Under the pieces are notes generated by a model. It searched no databases. It was not told the DNA's origin and saw only the letters and a program-made list of their open reading frames with translations. From Patescibacteria group bacterium (GTDB taxonomy: Bacteria; Patescibacteriota; Microgenomatia; 2-02-FULL-39-11), in NCBI GenBank assembly GCA_023379265.1, contig JAMCUI010000020.1, positions 1 to 59,077 of the forward strand: DNA of 59,077 bases, read 5' to 3'. Numbering within the stretch: the first letter of the stretch is position 1; every line of letters starts with the position of its first letter. Made by a program: the position numbers and the translations under genes. Below, piece after piece: positions 38,432 through 48,581 of the stretch.

Positions 38432-41400
38432 ATGAAGAAGTTTCGCAGTTACATTGACCAGCTGAAATTCGATAAAAACTTATGGAATAGCCTACCGGCA
38501 AAGTGGATATTCAATATCAGGCTGGTAGTCCTTCTTGTCACAAGCGTCTTTATTCTGGGTATTTTCAGTATGTTTTCTCTTCCCAGAAGGCTGAACCCTC
38601 AAGTCCAGATACCGATCGTGGTGGTTTCGACAATACTTCCGGGAGCAGGACCTTCCGACATCGAACAACTTGTCACTAAACCCCTTGAGGAACAGCTAGT
38701 AGGGATGGACCAGTTGGACACAATTACTTCCACTTCAAAGGATGATGTTTCCATAATTACCCTCCAGTTTTTTTCTTCTGCCAATAGGGATAAGGTCAGA
38801 AACGACGTACAGTCACAGGTAAACAATGTGGCTATACCAGAGGACGCGCAGACACCGCAAGTAATCGCCATAGATTTTGAAAACCAGCCGGTTTGGACAT
38901 TTGCTCTTTCTACCACCAAAGACATCGGTAGCCTTATGCGTTTTTCCAAGCGCCTTAAAGATGATATAAAAAATCTGCCGTCGGTGAAGGAAGTGGACCT
39001 TGGAGGATATGACCAGCAGGAAGTCTCAATTTTTATTGATCCGGAAAAAGCGTCCCAATATGGCTTAAATCCACTACAATTATCGCAAATCATTAAAACT
39101 CTTTCCGCTTCTTATCCTGCGGGGACTATTGACACTGCCAATTCTTCTTTCTCACTCACAATTGATTCTTCTGTCAACACGATTGATGATTTAAGAAACA
39201 TAGTCATAAACCCGTTAGGACCGCAACAGACACTTGTACATTTAGGCGATATTGCCCAAATATCAGAAAAGCCACCCACAAAAATTGATAAATCTTATAT
39301 CGCCACCAAAAACACACCCGCCAGGCAAGCGGTGACGTTTAGTGTTTATAAAACTTCAAGCGGCAATATCGACCAGACCGCCTCGGAAGTGGAAAAACTC
39401 GTTAACGATACGATCACAAAACAAAAAGGCTTGTTTCAGGTGACATCAGAAGTAAATCTGGGCAATCAAATAAAAAAGCAGTACACCGATCTTCTTGGGG
39501 ATTTTATTACTACTTTGGCTCTGGTGTTTGTTGACCTTTTCATCTTTTTAGGATTAAAAGAAGCGGCGCTGGCCACATTTGCCACCCCTCTTACTTTTCT
39601 CTCTGGATTGATATTCATGTACATTTTTGGCCTGTCAATTAACTTTATCTCTCTTTTTGCCTTTCTATTGGCGCTGGGTACATCAATTGATGATACCATC
39701 GTTACTGTCTCTGCCATGACCAGTTATTACCGTTCAGGCAAATTCTCTCCGGCTGAGACAGGGCTTCTTGTCTGGAGGGACTTTATCGTTCCTATCTGGT
39801 CGACTACCATCACCACAGTATGGGCTTATGTGCCTCTTCTTATAACTTCAGGGATAATAGGGGAATTCATCAAACCAATTCCAATTGTCGTAACAGCCAC
39901 CATGTACTCCTCGACTTTTTTTGCCGTTATGGTTACGCTTCCTCTTCTTATCGTCATCCTAAAACCAAAACTGCCAAAAAGAGTCTTTACTTTTGCCAGG
40001 ATAACATCTTTTATACTCTTAGATATCCTCCTCTTCTTCATTCTTCCCAAAACAATTTTGTTACCGCTTTTGATTATCCTTTCTGACATCCTTCTTTATA
40101 TGCTCATAAAGGACCATAAACAGATCTTTTCTTTCTCAAAACTCAAACTTGAAAAAAACTCCTGGGTAAACCCGTTTAGGGAAAAAGTTAAAAATATGCT
40201 TTCCCATGGACTGGTAAGCACCAGAAAAATCCGCTTTCTTTATCAAAGAAGTATCATGCATGTTTTGGAATCCAAAAACGGACGTCGCGACACACTCATC
40301 GTCGTCAGCTGTTTTGCCATTTTTTCCTATCTTCTGGTTCCTCTGGGCCTGGTAAAAAACGAATTTTTCCCCAAAACTGACGCAGATACGCTACATGTCA
40401 CCCTTGAAATGCCCCCAGGCACAAACACTTCCACTCTTGAAAATCATGCGCAACACCTTATAAACGAGTTGAGAAATGTACCTTATGTAAATTCTGTGGT
40501 TGAAGATACCGGAAAAGGTGCCCCTGGATTTGGATCTGTAGGAGGCTCAAATGAAGCTTTATTGACTTTGGATCTTTCTCCCAAGGAGAATCGTAGCGTA
40601 ACATCCATCACCATTGCCCAAAACCTGAGAGACAAGTATAAAAATTATGCTTCAGGAATAATCACGGTACAGGAGGAATCAGGCGGTCCTCCTGTAGGCG
40701 CCGACATACAAATCAAACTTCTTGGAGATGACCTTTCTACATTGAATTCTTATGCGGATAAAATTGTGGATTATCTCAAAAGCCAAAAGGGTGTCACAGA
40801 CGTTTCAAAATCCGTTAAACCTGGCATCAGCAAAATGGTATTTTTACCGGATAAGGAAAAACTGGCCTCTAGTGGAATCAGCCAGGATCAACTTGGGCTT
40901 CTCTTGCGCTCTTATGCTTCAGGTTTCACTTTGGATAAAATCAGATTTAATGAGAGCCAGGATATCAAAACTGAGGTAAATTTCCGTTTTTCCAATACCG
41001 TATCTTCTCCGGAAAAGCTTGACAGCTTATCAGTACTCACCCCACTAGGACCGGTGCCTCTCCTATCGCTTGGAAAATTCACCTTGCGTAATAATCCGAC
41101 TGTCATAAACCATGAAGCCGGCAAAAGAACGCTGTCAGTATCAGCAACTGTTAAGAGTGGTTTTGTGGTTTCCGATATAAACACAAGGCTGGAAAGATAT
41201 GCTTCAGAAAAACTGAAACTTCCAGAAGGCTATACTTGGAAAACCGGAGGGGTGAATGAGGAAAACAACAAATCAGTGATGTCCATATTTCAGGCAATGC
41301 TTTTGTCATTTATTCTTATTCTGGTGACAATGGTAGTGCAATTCCGCTCCTTTCGCCAGGCAGTCATCGTCCTACTTCTTATCCCTTTGGCCATATCAGG

Positions 41401-41761
41401 AGTTTTTATAATTTTTGGACTTACTGCTACACCGTTATCTTTTCCTGCTCTAATTGGAGTACTGGCTCTTTTCGGAATTGTGGTAACCAATGCCATGTTT
41501 ATTGTCGATAAAATCAACCGCAACCGGTCTATGGGAATGAAACTAAAGGAAGCATTAGCAGATGCAGCCGAAAGCAGACTGGAACCCATAATGCTTACTT
41601 CACTTACTACAATCCTTGGACTAATACCGATTTCCATTTCAAATCCTCTATGGCGAGGACTTGGGGGCGCAATCATCGCCGGCTTGACTTTCTCAGGTTT
41701 AATCATGCTTTTCTTTGTCCCGGTTATGTATTACCTTCTATACAAAAAAGAGTCTAAATAA
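38432..41761 (+). CDS. AcrB/AcrD/AcrF-family RND efflux permease
   Basis: PGAGPSDIEQLVTKPLEE, GTSIDDTIV, GIIGEF, GIVVTNA, RLEPIMLTSLTTILGLIP; ATG at 38432. Confidence 0.93.
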   Translation: MKKFRSYIDQLKFDKNLWNSLPAKWIFNIRLVVLLVTSVFILGIFSMFSLPRRLNPQVQIPIVVVSTILPGAGPSDIEQLVTKPLEEQLVGMDQLDTITSTSKDDVSIITLQFFSSANRDKVRNDVQSQVNNVAIPEDAQTPQVIAIDFENQPVWTFALSTTKDIGSLMRFSKRLKDDIKNLPSVKEVDLGGYDQQEVSIFIDPEKASQYGLNPLQLSQIIKTLSASYPAGTIDTANSSFSLTIDSSVNTIDDLRNIVINPLGPQQTLVHLGDIAQISEKPPTKIDKSYIATKNTPARQAVTFSVYKTSSGNIDQTASEVEKLVNDTITKQKGLFQVTSEVNLGNQIKKQYTDLLGDFITTLALVFVDLFIFLGLKEAALATFATPLTFLSGLIFMYIFGLSINFISLFAFLLALGTSIDDTIVTVSAMTSYYRSGKFSPAETGLLVWRDFIVPIWSTTITTVWAYVPLLITSGIIGEFIKPIPIVVTATMYSSTFFAVMVTLPLLIVILKPKLPKRVFTFARITSFILLDILLFFILPKTILLPLLIILSDILLYMLIKDHKQIFSFSKLKLEKNSWVNPFREKVKNMLSHGLVSTRKIRFLYQRSIMHVLESKNGRRDTLIVVSCFAIFSYLLVPLGLVKNEFFPKTDADTLHVTLEMPPGTNTSTLENHAQHLINELRNVPYVNSVVEDTGKGAPGFGSVGGSNEALLTLDLSPKENRSVTSITIAQNLRDKYKNYASGIITVQEESGGPPVGADIQIKLLGDDLSTLNSYADKIVDYLKSQKGVTDVSKSVKPGISKMVFLPDKEKLASSGISQDQLGLLLRSYASGFTLDKIRFNESQDIKTEVNFRFSNTVSSPEKLDSLSVLTPLGPVPLLSLGKFTLRNNPTVINHEAGKRTLSVSATVKSGFVVSDINTRLERYASEKLKLPEGYTWKTGGVNEENNKSVMSIFQAMLLSFILILVTMVVQFRSFRQAVIVLLLIPLAISGVFIIFGLTATPLSFPALIGVLALFGIVVTNAMFIVDKINRNRSMGMKLKEALADAAESRLEPIMLTSLTTILGLIPISISNPLWRGLGGAIIAGLTFSGLIMLFFVPVMYYLLYKKESK

Positions 41762-41839
41762 CCTCTCATACAACCAATCCCAACAAAATCAGTCAAAATT
41801 TATATGCTATAATCTTTTCATAAATTTATCCTAAATTAT

Positions 41840-42820
41840 ATGAAGTATCAGACTTTGGGCAAGACATTGCTAAATGTCTCCAGGATCGGATTTGGCGGAT
41901 GGGGGATTGGGGGAGGTGCTCCGGTTTTGAGATGGAAGGACATGTGGAGGGCAGATGATAAATCCTCCAAACAATCCCTACTTAATGCTTATAATAACGG
42001 TGTCAATTTCTTTGATACGGCTCTCGTTTATGGTGACGGGCATAGTGAAAAGCTTATAGCTGATGTTTTAGGAGACAAAGAAATTGTCGTTGCGACTAAA
42101 GTACCTCCCATGGACTGGCATTGGCCTGCAAGAAATAAAGACATAGAAGAGGTTTTTCCAAAAGAATGGATTATAGAAAAGGCAAAAGAAAGTTATAAAA
42201 ACCTAGGCAACCGCACTATTGACATACTTTTCCTTCACACCTGGCTTGACGATTGGATAAATTCAGCAAGCTGGAGGGAAGCTTTCCGAACCTTAAAAAA
42301 GGAAGGCATAGCCAAATACTTCGGTATTTCCATAAATGACAATGACCCCAACTCCGCATTAAAACTGGTTGACACCGGAGAAATAGACGTGACTGAGGTC
42401 GTATACAACATATTTGACCAGTCTCCTAAAGATAAACTATTTCCCCTTGCCAAAAAGAGAAATATAGGCATTATCGCAAGAGTACCGCTTGATGAAGGAT
42501 CGCTTAGTGCAACTTTTAACTATGAAACTACATTTGATGATTGGCGAAAAGATTATTTCACTCCCGACAGGCTAAAAACCACAGTCGATAAGGTAAATTC
42601 AATCAAAAATCTTCTCACAGACGGTAAACGAACTATGACTCAAATCGCACTGAGATTTTGCCTTCTTCCCGAAGCTGCTGATACGACCATAGTAGGCATG
42701 AGAAACCCCAACCATGTCGAGGAAAACATAAAAAGCCTGGATATCACACTCACCAGTGAAGAAATTGTGTATCTCAATAAGCAAAAATGGTTGAGAAGCT
42801 TTTACCCCGAAGACGTATAA
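41840..42820 (+). CDS. Aldo/keto reductase
   Basis: VSRIGFGGWGIGG, FFDTALVYGDGHSE, ATK, IIARVPL. Confidence 0.9.
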   Translation: MKYQTLGKTLLNVSRIGFGGWGIGGGAPVLRWKDMWRADDKSSKQSLLNAYNNGVNFFDTALVYGDGHSEKLIADVLGDKEIVVATKVPPMDWHWPARNKDIEEVFPKEWIIEKAKESYKNLGNRTIDILFLHTWLDDWINSASWREAFRTLKKEGIAKYFGISINDNDPNSALKLVDTGEIDVTEVVYNIFDQSPKDKLFPLAKKRNIGIIARVPLDEGSLSATFNYETTFDDWRKDYFTPDRLKTTVDKVNSIKNLLTDGKRTMTQIALRFCLLPEAADTTIVGMRNPNHVEENIKSLDITLTSEEIVYLNKQKWLRSFYPEDV

Positions 42821-42915
42821 AACAATAAAACTGATTAGAGTGGTATATGCTGGCTTAAACCCGAGTTTGAGAAGTATATTGCACAAGATAGCCCTATATG
42901 GCATAATTACCTTTT

Positions 42916-43488
42916 ATGTCAAAAATCACTACAAGCGATTTTGTCAAAGGAATCTTTATAGAATTCAAAGGTGAACCGCATCAGATTATAGAGTTCCAAC
43001 ATGTAAATCCCGGAAAAGGCTCTGCCTTTATACGCACCAGGCTGAAAAGCCTGAAAACAGACCGGGTACAGGAATTCACTTATAAATCCGGTGAGACTGT
43101 TGACGAAGTCCCTATAAATGTCCGGGAAATGCAATATCTTTATAAAACCGACGAACAGTTTTTTTTCATGGATCCAGGAAGCTATGAACAGTATACTCTT
43201 GGAAAAGATATTGTCGGGTCTTTTCAAAACTTCATCAAGGAAGGCGAGACCTACCAAATCCTTATTCATAATGAATCAGCAGTCGGCATGCGATATCCCA
43301 AAAAAGTCCGCATGCAGGTCACAGAAGCTGAAGAAGGATCAAAAGGCAATACGGTTACGGGTGCAAAAAAACTAGTCACAATAGAAACAGGTGTCCAAAT
43401 AGCAGTCCCTCTTTTCATAAAAAAGGGAGATATTATAGGAGTTGACCCTGAAACCGGTGAGTATCTTGAGAGAGTAAGTCAGAAATAA
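42916..43488 (+). CDS. efp: Elongation factor P
   Basis: HVNPGKGSAFIR, MQYLY, ETG...VPLFI..GD...VD..TGEYLER. Confidence 0.95.
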   Translation: MSKITTSDFVKGIFIEFKGEPHQIIEFQHVNPGKGSAFIRTRLKSLKTDRVQEFTYKSGETVDEVPINVREMQYLYKTDEQFFFMDPGSYEQYTLGKDIVGSFQNFIKEGETYQILIHNESAVGMRYPKKVRMQVTEAEEGSKGNTVTGAKKLVTIETGVQIAVPLFIKKGDIIGVDPETGEYLERVSQK

Positions 43489-43640
43489 ATTCTTCAAATA
43501 CTCTATTTCGCTGATTTTTAACCTTTTTTCAAAGACGGTCCGGGTGTCAAAATTAACGGAACTAACTACTAGCGTCCCAACCGATAGACTTTGTACATTA
43601 CTTGACTTTACCACTAATATATGGCATTCTATGCAATATC

Positions 43641-44246
43641 ATGAAAATGGTTGTCCTGAAGTTCATTTTCTGGACATTTTCCACAAGCGCGCTTCTTGTC
43701 TTCTCATTTTCTCTTTTGAAATCCTACGAGAGGCCGGTTGTTGGTACTTTACTAAACCCTCTGGTTGAAGCAAAAAGTTACCAACTGATAAACGATACTC
43801 AGCAACCGACTGTTGATCCAAATATTACTCCAACCCAGGACTACAGAGTAGCAGTATTAAAAAAATTCTTCCATGATTACAATTTACCCCTGACTGGACA
43901 GGAGGAATATATTGTCCAGCAGGCAGACCTAAACGGTATCGATTATGCATTGATACCGGCAATATCCATGCAGGAATCGGGAGGTTGCAAAAATATTCCT
44001 TCAGATTCTTTCAACTGCTGGGGATTTGGCATATACGGAAAAACCGTAACCAGATTCAAATCGTTCAAAGAATCTATCGCTGCCGTTTCTAAATCGATAA
44101 AAGAGGCCTATATTAAAAATGGGTTGACAAATGCAACTTTGGTTGAAGACCGCTGGACTCCATCAAGCAAAGGCACATGGTCATATGCTGTAAACTATTA
44201 CATCGGTAAAATTAGAGATTACGAGAAAAAAATTACTGCTTCATAA
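43641..44246 (+). CDS. Secreted lysozyme-like (glucosaminidase-type) cell-wall hydrolase
   Basis: Signal/TM; LIPAISMQESG...NCWGFG...Y pattern; paralogue of 44710-45285. Confidence 0.65.
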   Translation: MKMVVLKFIFWTFSTSALLVFSFSLLKSYERPVVGTLLNPLVEAKSYQLINDTQQPTVDPNITPTQDYRVAVLKKFFHDYNLPLTGQEEYIVQQADLNGIDYALIPAISMQESGGCKNIPSDSFNCWGFGIYGKTVTRFKSFKESIAAVSKSIKEAYIKNGLTNATLVEDRWTPSSKGTWSYAVNYYIGKIRDYEKKITAS

Positions 44247-44287
44247 CGCAACTGACCCTCCGGAAATGCCCCCGGAACATAAAAGAC

Positions 44288-44316
44288 TTGACAAGCCTAT
44301 AATATTCTGATATAAT
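44288..44316 (+). promoter_or_regulatory. Consensus sigma70 promoter
   Basis: TTGACA-N17-TATAAT, with TG upstream of the -10 box. Confidence 0.75.
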
Positions 44317-44352
44317 CCCTACCCAGATCCTAAAGTTGTTCTGATTTTTATC

Positions 44353-44710
44353 GGAGCTGGCTTTAGGGTTTTTTTATTCTCTAGAAATTAAAGCCTTAAT
44401 AATCTGCTTTACAGATGAGCCGGAGCTGGCTTTAGGGTTTTTTTATTCTCTAGAAATTAAAGCCTTAATAATCTGCTTTACAGATGAGCCGGAGCTGGCT
44501 TTAGGGTTTTTTTATTCTCTAGAAATTAAAGCCTTAATAATCTGCTTTACAGATGAGCCGGAGCTGGCTTTAGGGTTTTTTTATTCTCTAGAAATTAAAG
44601 CCTTAATAATCTGCTTTACAGATGAGCCGGAGCTGGCTTTAGGGTTTTTTTATTCTCTAGAAATTAAAGCCTTAATAATCTGCTTTACAGATGAGCCGGA
44701 GCTGGCTTTA
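44353..44710 (+). repeat. Five identical 69-bp units plus a 13-bp partial; hairpin and T7 run at each junction
   Basis: ggagctggcttta starts at 44353, 44422, 44491, 44560, 44629 and 44698. Confidence 0.92.
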
Positions 44711-45285
44711 TGAACAAGCGTAAATCGAATATGAGTCAAAAAATAAAATATTTGATGTATTTTCTTTTCTTTATAGGGAACCTATTTTTACCAGCTAGAA
44801 TATATGCCGAGGTGAAAATCGCGGCAGAATCGGGAAGACTGAAAGAAGTAACGCCCGTTGAAAACCCAAAGACGGATTACAGGGTTGACCTTCTAAAGGA
44901 TTACTTGAATAAAAATAATTCTATTTTGTCTTCATACGCTCAGGATTTTATTTCCGCGGCGGATGAAAACGGAATCCCGTGGTCACTTGTTCCAGCCATA
45001 GCCGGCGTAGAATCTACTTTTTGCAATGCAGTTCCATCATACTCAACCAACTGTTGGGGCTGGAACAACGGAGCATATCAGTTCGTAAACTATAAGGAAG
45101 CAATATCAACAGTTTCCCAAACATTAAAAAGAAATTATTTCGATAGGGGATTAGACACGCCAGAGAAAATCGCTCACGTTTATGCTCCTCCCTCAAAAAC
45201 TTGGGCCGGAAAGGTACGGTTTTTTATGGGTAAAATAGAAAACCACCAGACTTCAATATTTCCCCAACCACTAATTTCTGGATAA
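44710..45285 (+). CDS. Secreted lysozyme-like (glucosaminidase-type) cell-wall hydrolase
   Basis: Signal peptide; LVPAIAGVEST...NCWGW...YAPPS..WAGKV. Confidence 0.65.
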   Translation: MNKRKSNMSQKIKYLMYFLFFIGNLFLPARIYAEVKIAAESGRLKEVTPVENPKTDYRVDLLKDYLNKNNSILSSYAQDFISAADENGIPWSLVPAIAGVESTFCNAVPSYSTNCWGWNNGAYQFVNYKEAISTVSQTLKRNYFDRGLDTPEKIAHVYAPPSKTWAGKVRFFMGKIENHQTSIFPQPLISG

Positions 45286-45378
45286 CCTACACCGTAATAT
45301 TTTTCCTTCCCATAAAATAATATATAATACTCCAAAAGCCCTTACTGATGAGAGTTTATTAAGGAAATAGACAAATAA

Positions 45379-45462
45379 GCCGAGGTGGCGAAATTGGCAG
45401 ACGCGATAGGTTTAGGACCTATTGACCGCAAGGTCTTGGAGGTTCAAGTCCTCTCCTCGGCA
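45379..45462 (+). tRNA. tRNA-Leu(TAG)
   Basis: GCCGAGG/CCTCGGC-A acceptor; ATAGG-TTTAGGA-CCTAT; GACC-GCAA-GGTC variable arm. Confidence 0.93.
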
Positions 45463-45506
45463 CTTCGTCCTGATGAAAGAAGGACTCATTGCAGGCACAA
45501 AAAGGA

Positions 45507-46205
45507 TTAAACTCTTGATGAGGCACAAATTTTGTTTAGAGGACATTCAGCACAGTTGGGATTTTGAGCTTTGCACAAAGACCTTCCATGGTCAATTATC
45601 CTGTATGTGATACTAAACCATTCATCTTTCTGCAAATTATTCATCAGTTCCTTTTCAATTTTTTGAGGGTCTGCATCTTTTATAAAATCCACTATTTCCT
45701 CTCCCTCCCTGTTAAAGGTTATTTTCCTTTTTCCCCCGATTTTCTCCATATCTACCAGTCTTAATCGCTGGCTGATACGATGGACATGCGTGTCCACGGC
45801 TATACCTTCAACTTTATTATGTGCATTTCCCAAAATAATATTTGCAGTCTTCCTTGCCACTCCGGGTAAGGTAAGCAATTCCTCCATAGTATCAGGAATC
45901 TTTCCCTTAAACTTTTCCTTGACGATTTTTGCCGTAGCGAGTATATTTTTGGCTTTGTTTCGGAAAAATCCTGTGGATTTTATATCCTTTTCGAACTCTT
46001 CTGGTTTGGCGTTTACGTAATCATCAATATTTTTATATTTTAAGAAAAGCTTTCCAGTAACCTGATTGACCATTTTGTCAGTGCACTGTGCGGAAAGAAT
46101 TACGGATACCAAAAGTTCCCAATTATTGCAGTAATTTAAGGCTATTTTAGCCTTCGGATAATATTTTTTCAGTATCGCCAGGATTTTTTCTTTATTTTCT
46201 GTCAT
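45507..46205 (-). CDS. nth: Endonuclease III
   Basis: LSAQCTD, HhH LPGVARKTA, VDTHV, C-x6-C-x2-C-x5-C FeS motif; approximately 25-aa insertion. Confidence 0.93.
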   Translation of the reverse strand: MTENKEKILAILKKYYPKAKIALNYCNNWELLVSVILSAQCTDKMVNQVTGKLFLKYKNIDDYVNAKPEEFEKDIKSTGFFRNKAKNILATAKIVKEKFKGKIPDTMEELLTLPGVARKTANIILGNAHNKVEGIAVDTHVHRISQRLRLVDMEKIGGKRKITFNREGEEIVDFIKDADPQKIEKELMNNLQKDEWFSITYRIIDHGRSLCKAQNPNCAECPLNKICASSRV

Positions 46206-46675
46206 ATATAAGTGGAGCTCTTTCTTAGAAAATCAGAAATAATCTTTTTATGATCAAAAGCCAACTTGTCCGGCAATAAATTGATGTCGAAATATTTTAA
46301 GGATAAGGCATCGCTTCCAGCTATAGCTTTCCCCCCGGCTACTTTGACTGAATATGCCAACGCAACAGACTGTTGCGGGTGTCTATGAGGATCACTATAT
46401 ACTCCGATAAAACTGAGTTTTGTACACTCCAATCCCGTCTCTTCCGTGACCTCGCGTTTTACCGCTTCTTCAACAGTCTCATCGAAGCTCACATGCCCTC
46501 CCGGTAAAGCCCAATAATTTATGTAGGGATCCACTTTCCTTTTAATAAGAAGAACCTTATCCCCTTTGAGGATAACACCATCGATTGTCACATCACGATT
46601 CAGGTAACGGTGACAGAAAAAACAGGCTTTGTCTTTGTCGATTTTAACCATCTTTGACAATAGGGAAGTAAACAT
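46202..46675 (-). CDS. NUDIX hydrolase
   Basis: GGHVSFDETVEEAVKREVTEETGL Nudix box; LAFDH. Confidence 0.9.
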   Translation of the reverse strand: MFTSLLSKMVKIDKDKACFFCHRYLNRDVTIDGVILKGDKVLLIKRKVDPYINYWALPGGHVSFDETVEEAVKREVTEETGLECTKLSFIGVYSDPHRHPQQSVALAYSVKVAGGKAIAGSDALSLKYFDINLLPDKLAFDHKKIISDFLRKSSTYI

Positions 46676-46737
46676 TGAAATTATTTTAACATATCAGCTA
46701 TATTACATTAGTCAAATGTTATGATATAATCCCTACC

Positions 46738-47589
46738 ATGATTACATCAGAAGTCAAAAACTTACCAAAAGCTACTGCCGAAATCCAAATCACCATTTCC
46801 TGGGATGAAATAAAGGAAACTTATGGAAAAATCCTGGAAAAATACACCAGAGAAGTGGAACTACCCGGCTTCAGAAAGGGAAAAGCACCAAAAGATCTTG
46901 TCGAAAAGAACATAGATAAATCAAAAGTCTATGAAGAGGTGGTCAGGGAAATTATTCCCAAAGCGTACGCCAAAGCTTTACAGGAGAATAAATTGACACC
47001 GGTTACCGCGCCCAAAGTAGAAGTGGTAAAAGCAAAAGAAGGGGAAGAGTGGATTGTAAAGGCTACTTTGGCCCTCAAACCTAAAATCGTCTTGAAAAAT
47101 TATAAGGAGAAAATAAGAGAACTAAAAAACGGTAAAACAAAAATCTGGACACCTGGTAGCCCAAATGAAAAGAATAAAACAGAAAATAAGCCAAATCTGG
47201 AAGAAATCCTGTCGGCAGTTGTTTCAGAGATCGAAATAGAGCTTTCTGATTTGCTAATTACCGAAGAAGCAAACAGGCTTTTATCAAATCTTGTAGACCA
47301 GACTCAAAAGCTTGGATTGACTGTTGAACAATATCTTATATCAAAAGGAAAAACTTCGGAGCAGTTGCGTGCTGAATATGCCCAACAAGCCTCCAAAAAT
47401 CTAACTGTAGAATTCGCCCTGGCTGAGATAGCCGATAAAGAGAATATTACTGTTAGCCAATCCGATATAGACAAAATACTGGAAAAAGTCGAAGATGTTA
47501 AAGAGAAAGAAAGGTTGAAACAGGATTCTTATTACCTGGCTCACCTTATTAGACAACAAAAAACATTAGACTTCCTTAGTAGCCTATAG
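46738..47589 (+). CDS. tig: Trigger factor, short form lacking the PPIase domain
   Basis: PGFRKGKAP ribosome-binding motif followed directly by a C-terminal SurA-like domain; 283 aa. Confidence 0.85.
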   Translation: MITSEVKNLPKATAEIQITISWDEIKETYGKILEKYTREVELPGFRKGKAPKDLVEKNIDKSKVYEEVVREIIPKAYAKALQENKLTPVTAPKVEVVKAKEGEEWIVKATLALKPKIVLKNYKEKIRELKNGKTKIWTPGSPNEKNKTENKPNLEEILSAVVSEIEIELSDLLITEEANRLLSNLVDQTQKLGLTVEQYLISKGKTSEQLRAEYAQQASKNLTVEFALAEIADKENITVSQSDIDKILEKVEDVKEKERLKQDSYYLAHLIRQQKTLDFLSSL

Positions 47590-47632
47590 GATTATTTGAC
47601 AGTGCTTATGAAATATGGTATAACGCCACCGT

Positions 47633-48223
47633 ATGTTCAGTAAGCCAACACACAAAATAAATCCGAATCCATGGGGAAACGATAATCCAGAGAAGGATAA
47701 ACAAAGTTCCCCGCCGCTAAAAACTATCGGATTCAAAGACCAGATTAAAGGGCTTACCAATACAGATTCAATCTGGAAACAATTTTTTGGCGAAAAAACT
47801 CAGGTAGAAAAACCTCAACCAATTTCGGAAAAAAAGCCATCCAAGCACACAGAAACACTTGTTTTTTCCTATTCCAAAAATACAGAACAAAAAAAGATGG
47901 TCCAAGAATCACAAATTATCCTTCAAAAACTTCAGGAACAAATAACTCTCCTTGAGAAATCCGAAAAAAGCCTGGCTCATGAAGTGTCAAAAGTCAAAAT
48001 CGATACCCTTCCGGCCAAATCAGGTATTTATTACATACGTTTTCTTGAGTGGTTGTTGACTGTAGTAAGACAATTGAGGCTAAAAGTAGAAGATGGAAGA
48101 GCCTGGCTTTCTACTTTTTCCCAAAGAAAAAAGAAAAGAATGGGTTACTGGAAAATGTACAAAAAACACGGCACCACATTCGGCCTCTCACAGGAAAGAA
48201 CACTCGCTACCCAAACAGGTTAA
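47633..48223 (+). CDS. Hypothetical protein (DUF5660-like)
   Basis: Coiled coil then GIYYIRFLEWL...WL...KKK..YW.MYKKHGT.F.LS.ER....Q.G; family recalled, not searched. Confidence 0.6.
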   Translation: MFSKPTHKINPNPWGNDNPEKDKQSSPPLKTIGFKDQIKGLTNTDSIWKQFFGEKTQVEKPQPISEKKPSKHTETLVFSYSKNTEQKKMVQESQIILQKLQEQITLLEKSEKSLAHEVSKVKIDTLPAKSGIYYIRFLEWLLTVVRQLRLKVEDGRAWLSTFSQRKKKRMGYWKMYKKHGTTFGLSQERTLATQTG

Positions 48224-48247
48224 TCCCCTTATTCATCAATAAATATG

Positions 48248-48321
48248 TGACCGCTAAAGGATTTGAACCTTTGACCTTCACGATGTCAACGTGACGCTCT
48301 AGCCAACTGAGCTAAGCGGTC
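48248..48321 (-). tRNA. tRNA-Val(GAC)
   Basis: GACCGCT/AGCGGTC-A acceptor; TCACG-TTGACAT-CGTGA anticodon arm. Confidence 0.93.
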
Positions 48322-48446
48322 TTTTATGATGTATACTTTAGAACTGTTAAGGGCTAAAATCAATTCCGTACCGGATATATTGTCTCAAAAACGTATTCCG
48401 GTTGACATATTATAAATAATGATATATTCTATATCAAGTTATATTT

Positions 48447-48572
48447 CAGCGCCTGATAGAGACTCACCAACTCTAGAGCTGGACGAAGCTATTGCGTAAA
48501 ATAATAAATTAAGCCACCAAGCCGGATGGAACCCTCCGATAAAACCGGGGTCCGGCAGAAGGTGGTTTTTTT
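48447..48572 (+). promoter_or_regulatory. Putative compact T-box leader of thrS
   Basis: Antiterminator GCCGGA-[TGGAACC]-CTCCG-loop-CGGGG-TCCGGC (48521-48556); upstream hairpin with Thr codon ACC in its loop; T-run downstream. Confidence 0.6.
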
Positions 48573-48581
48573 GTAACTTTC

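Noticed and set aside
44353-44710. Possible CRISPR array (also considered for 28480-28586 and 30280-30466)
   Set aside because: The intervening segments are identical rather than unique spacers, and there are no cas genes in the window; these are tandem repeats.
45340-45490. Hammerhead ribozyme (CTGATGA at about 45345 and 45470)
   Set aside because: I could not find a stem II followed by GAAA, or matching stems I and III.
45675-45760. Approximately 25-aa insertion in Nth as an intein or palindromic coding insert
   Set aside because: It is too short for an intein, has no splicing motifs and shows no clear inverted repeat in the DNA.
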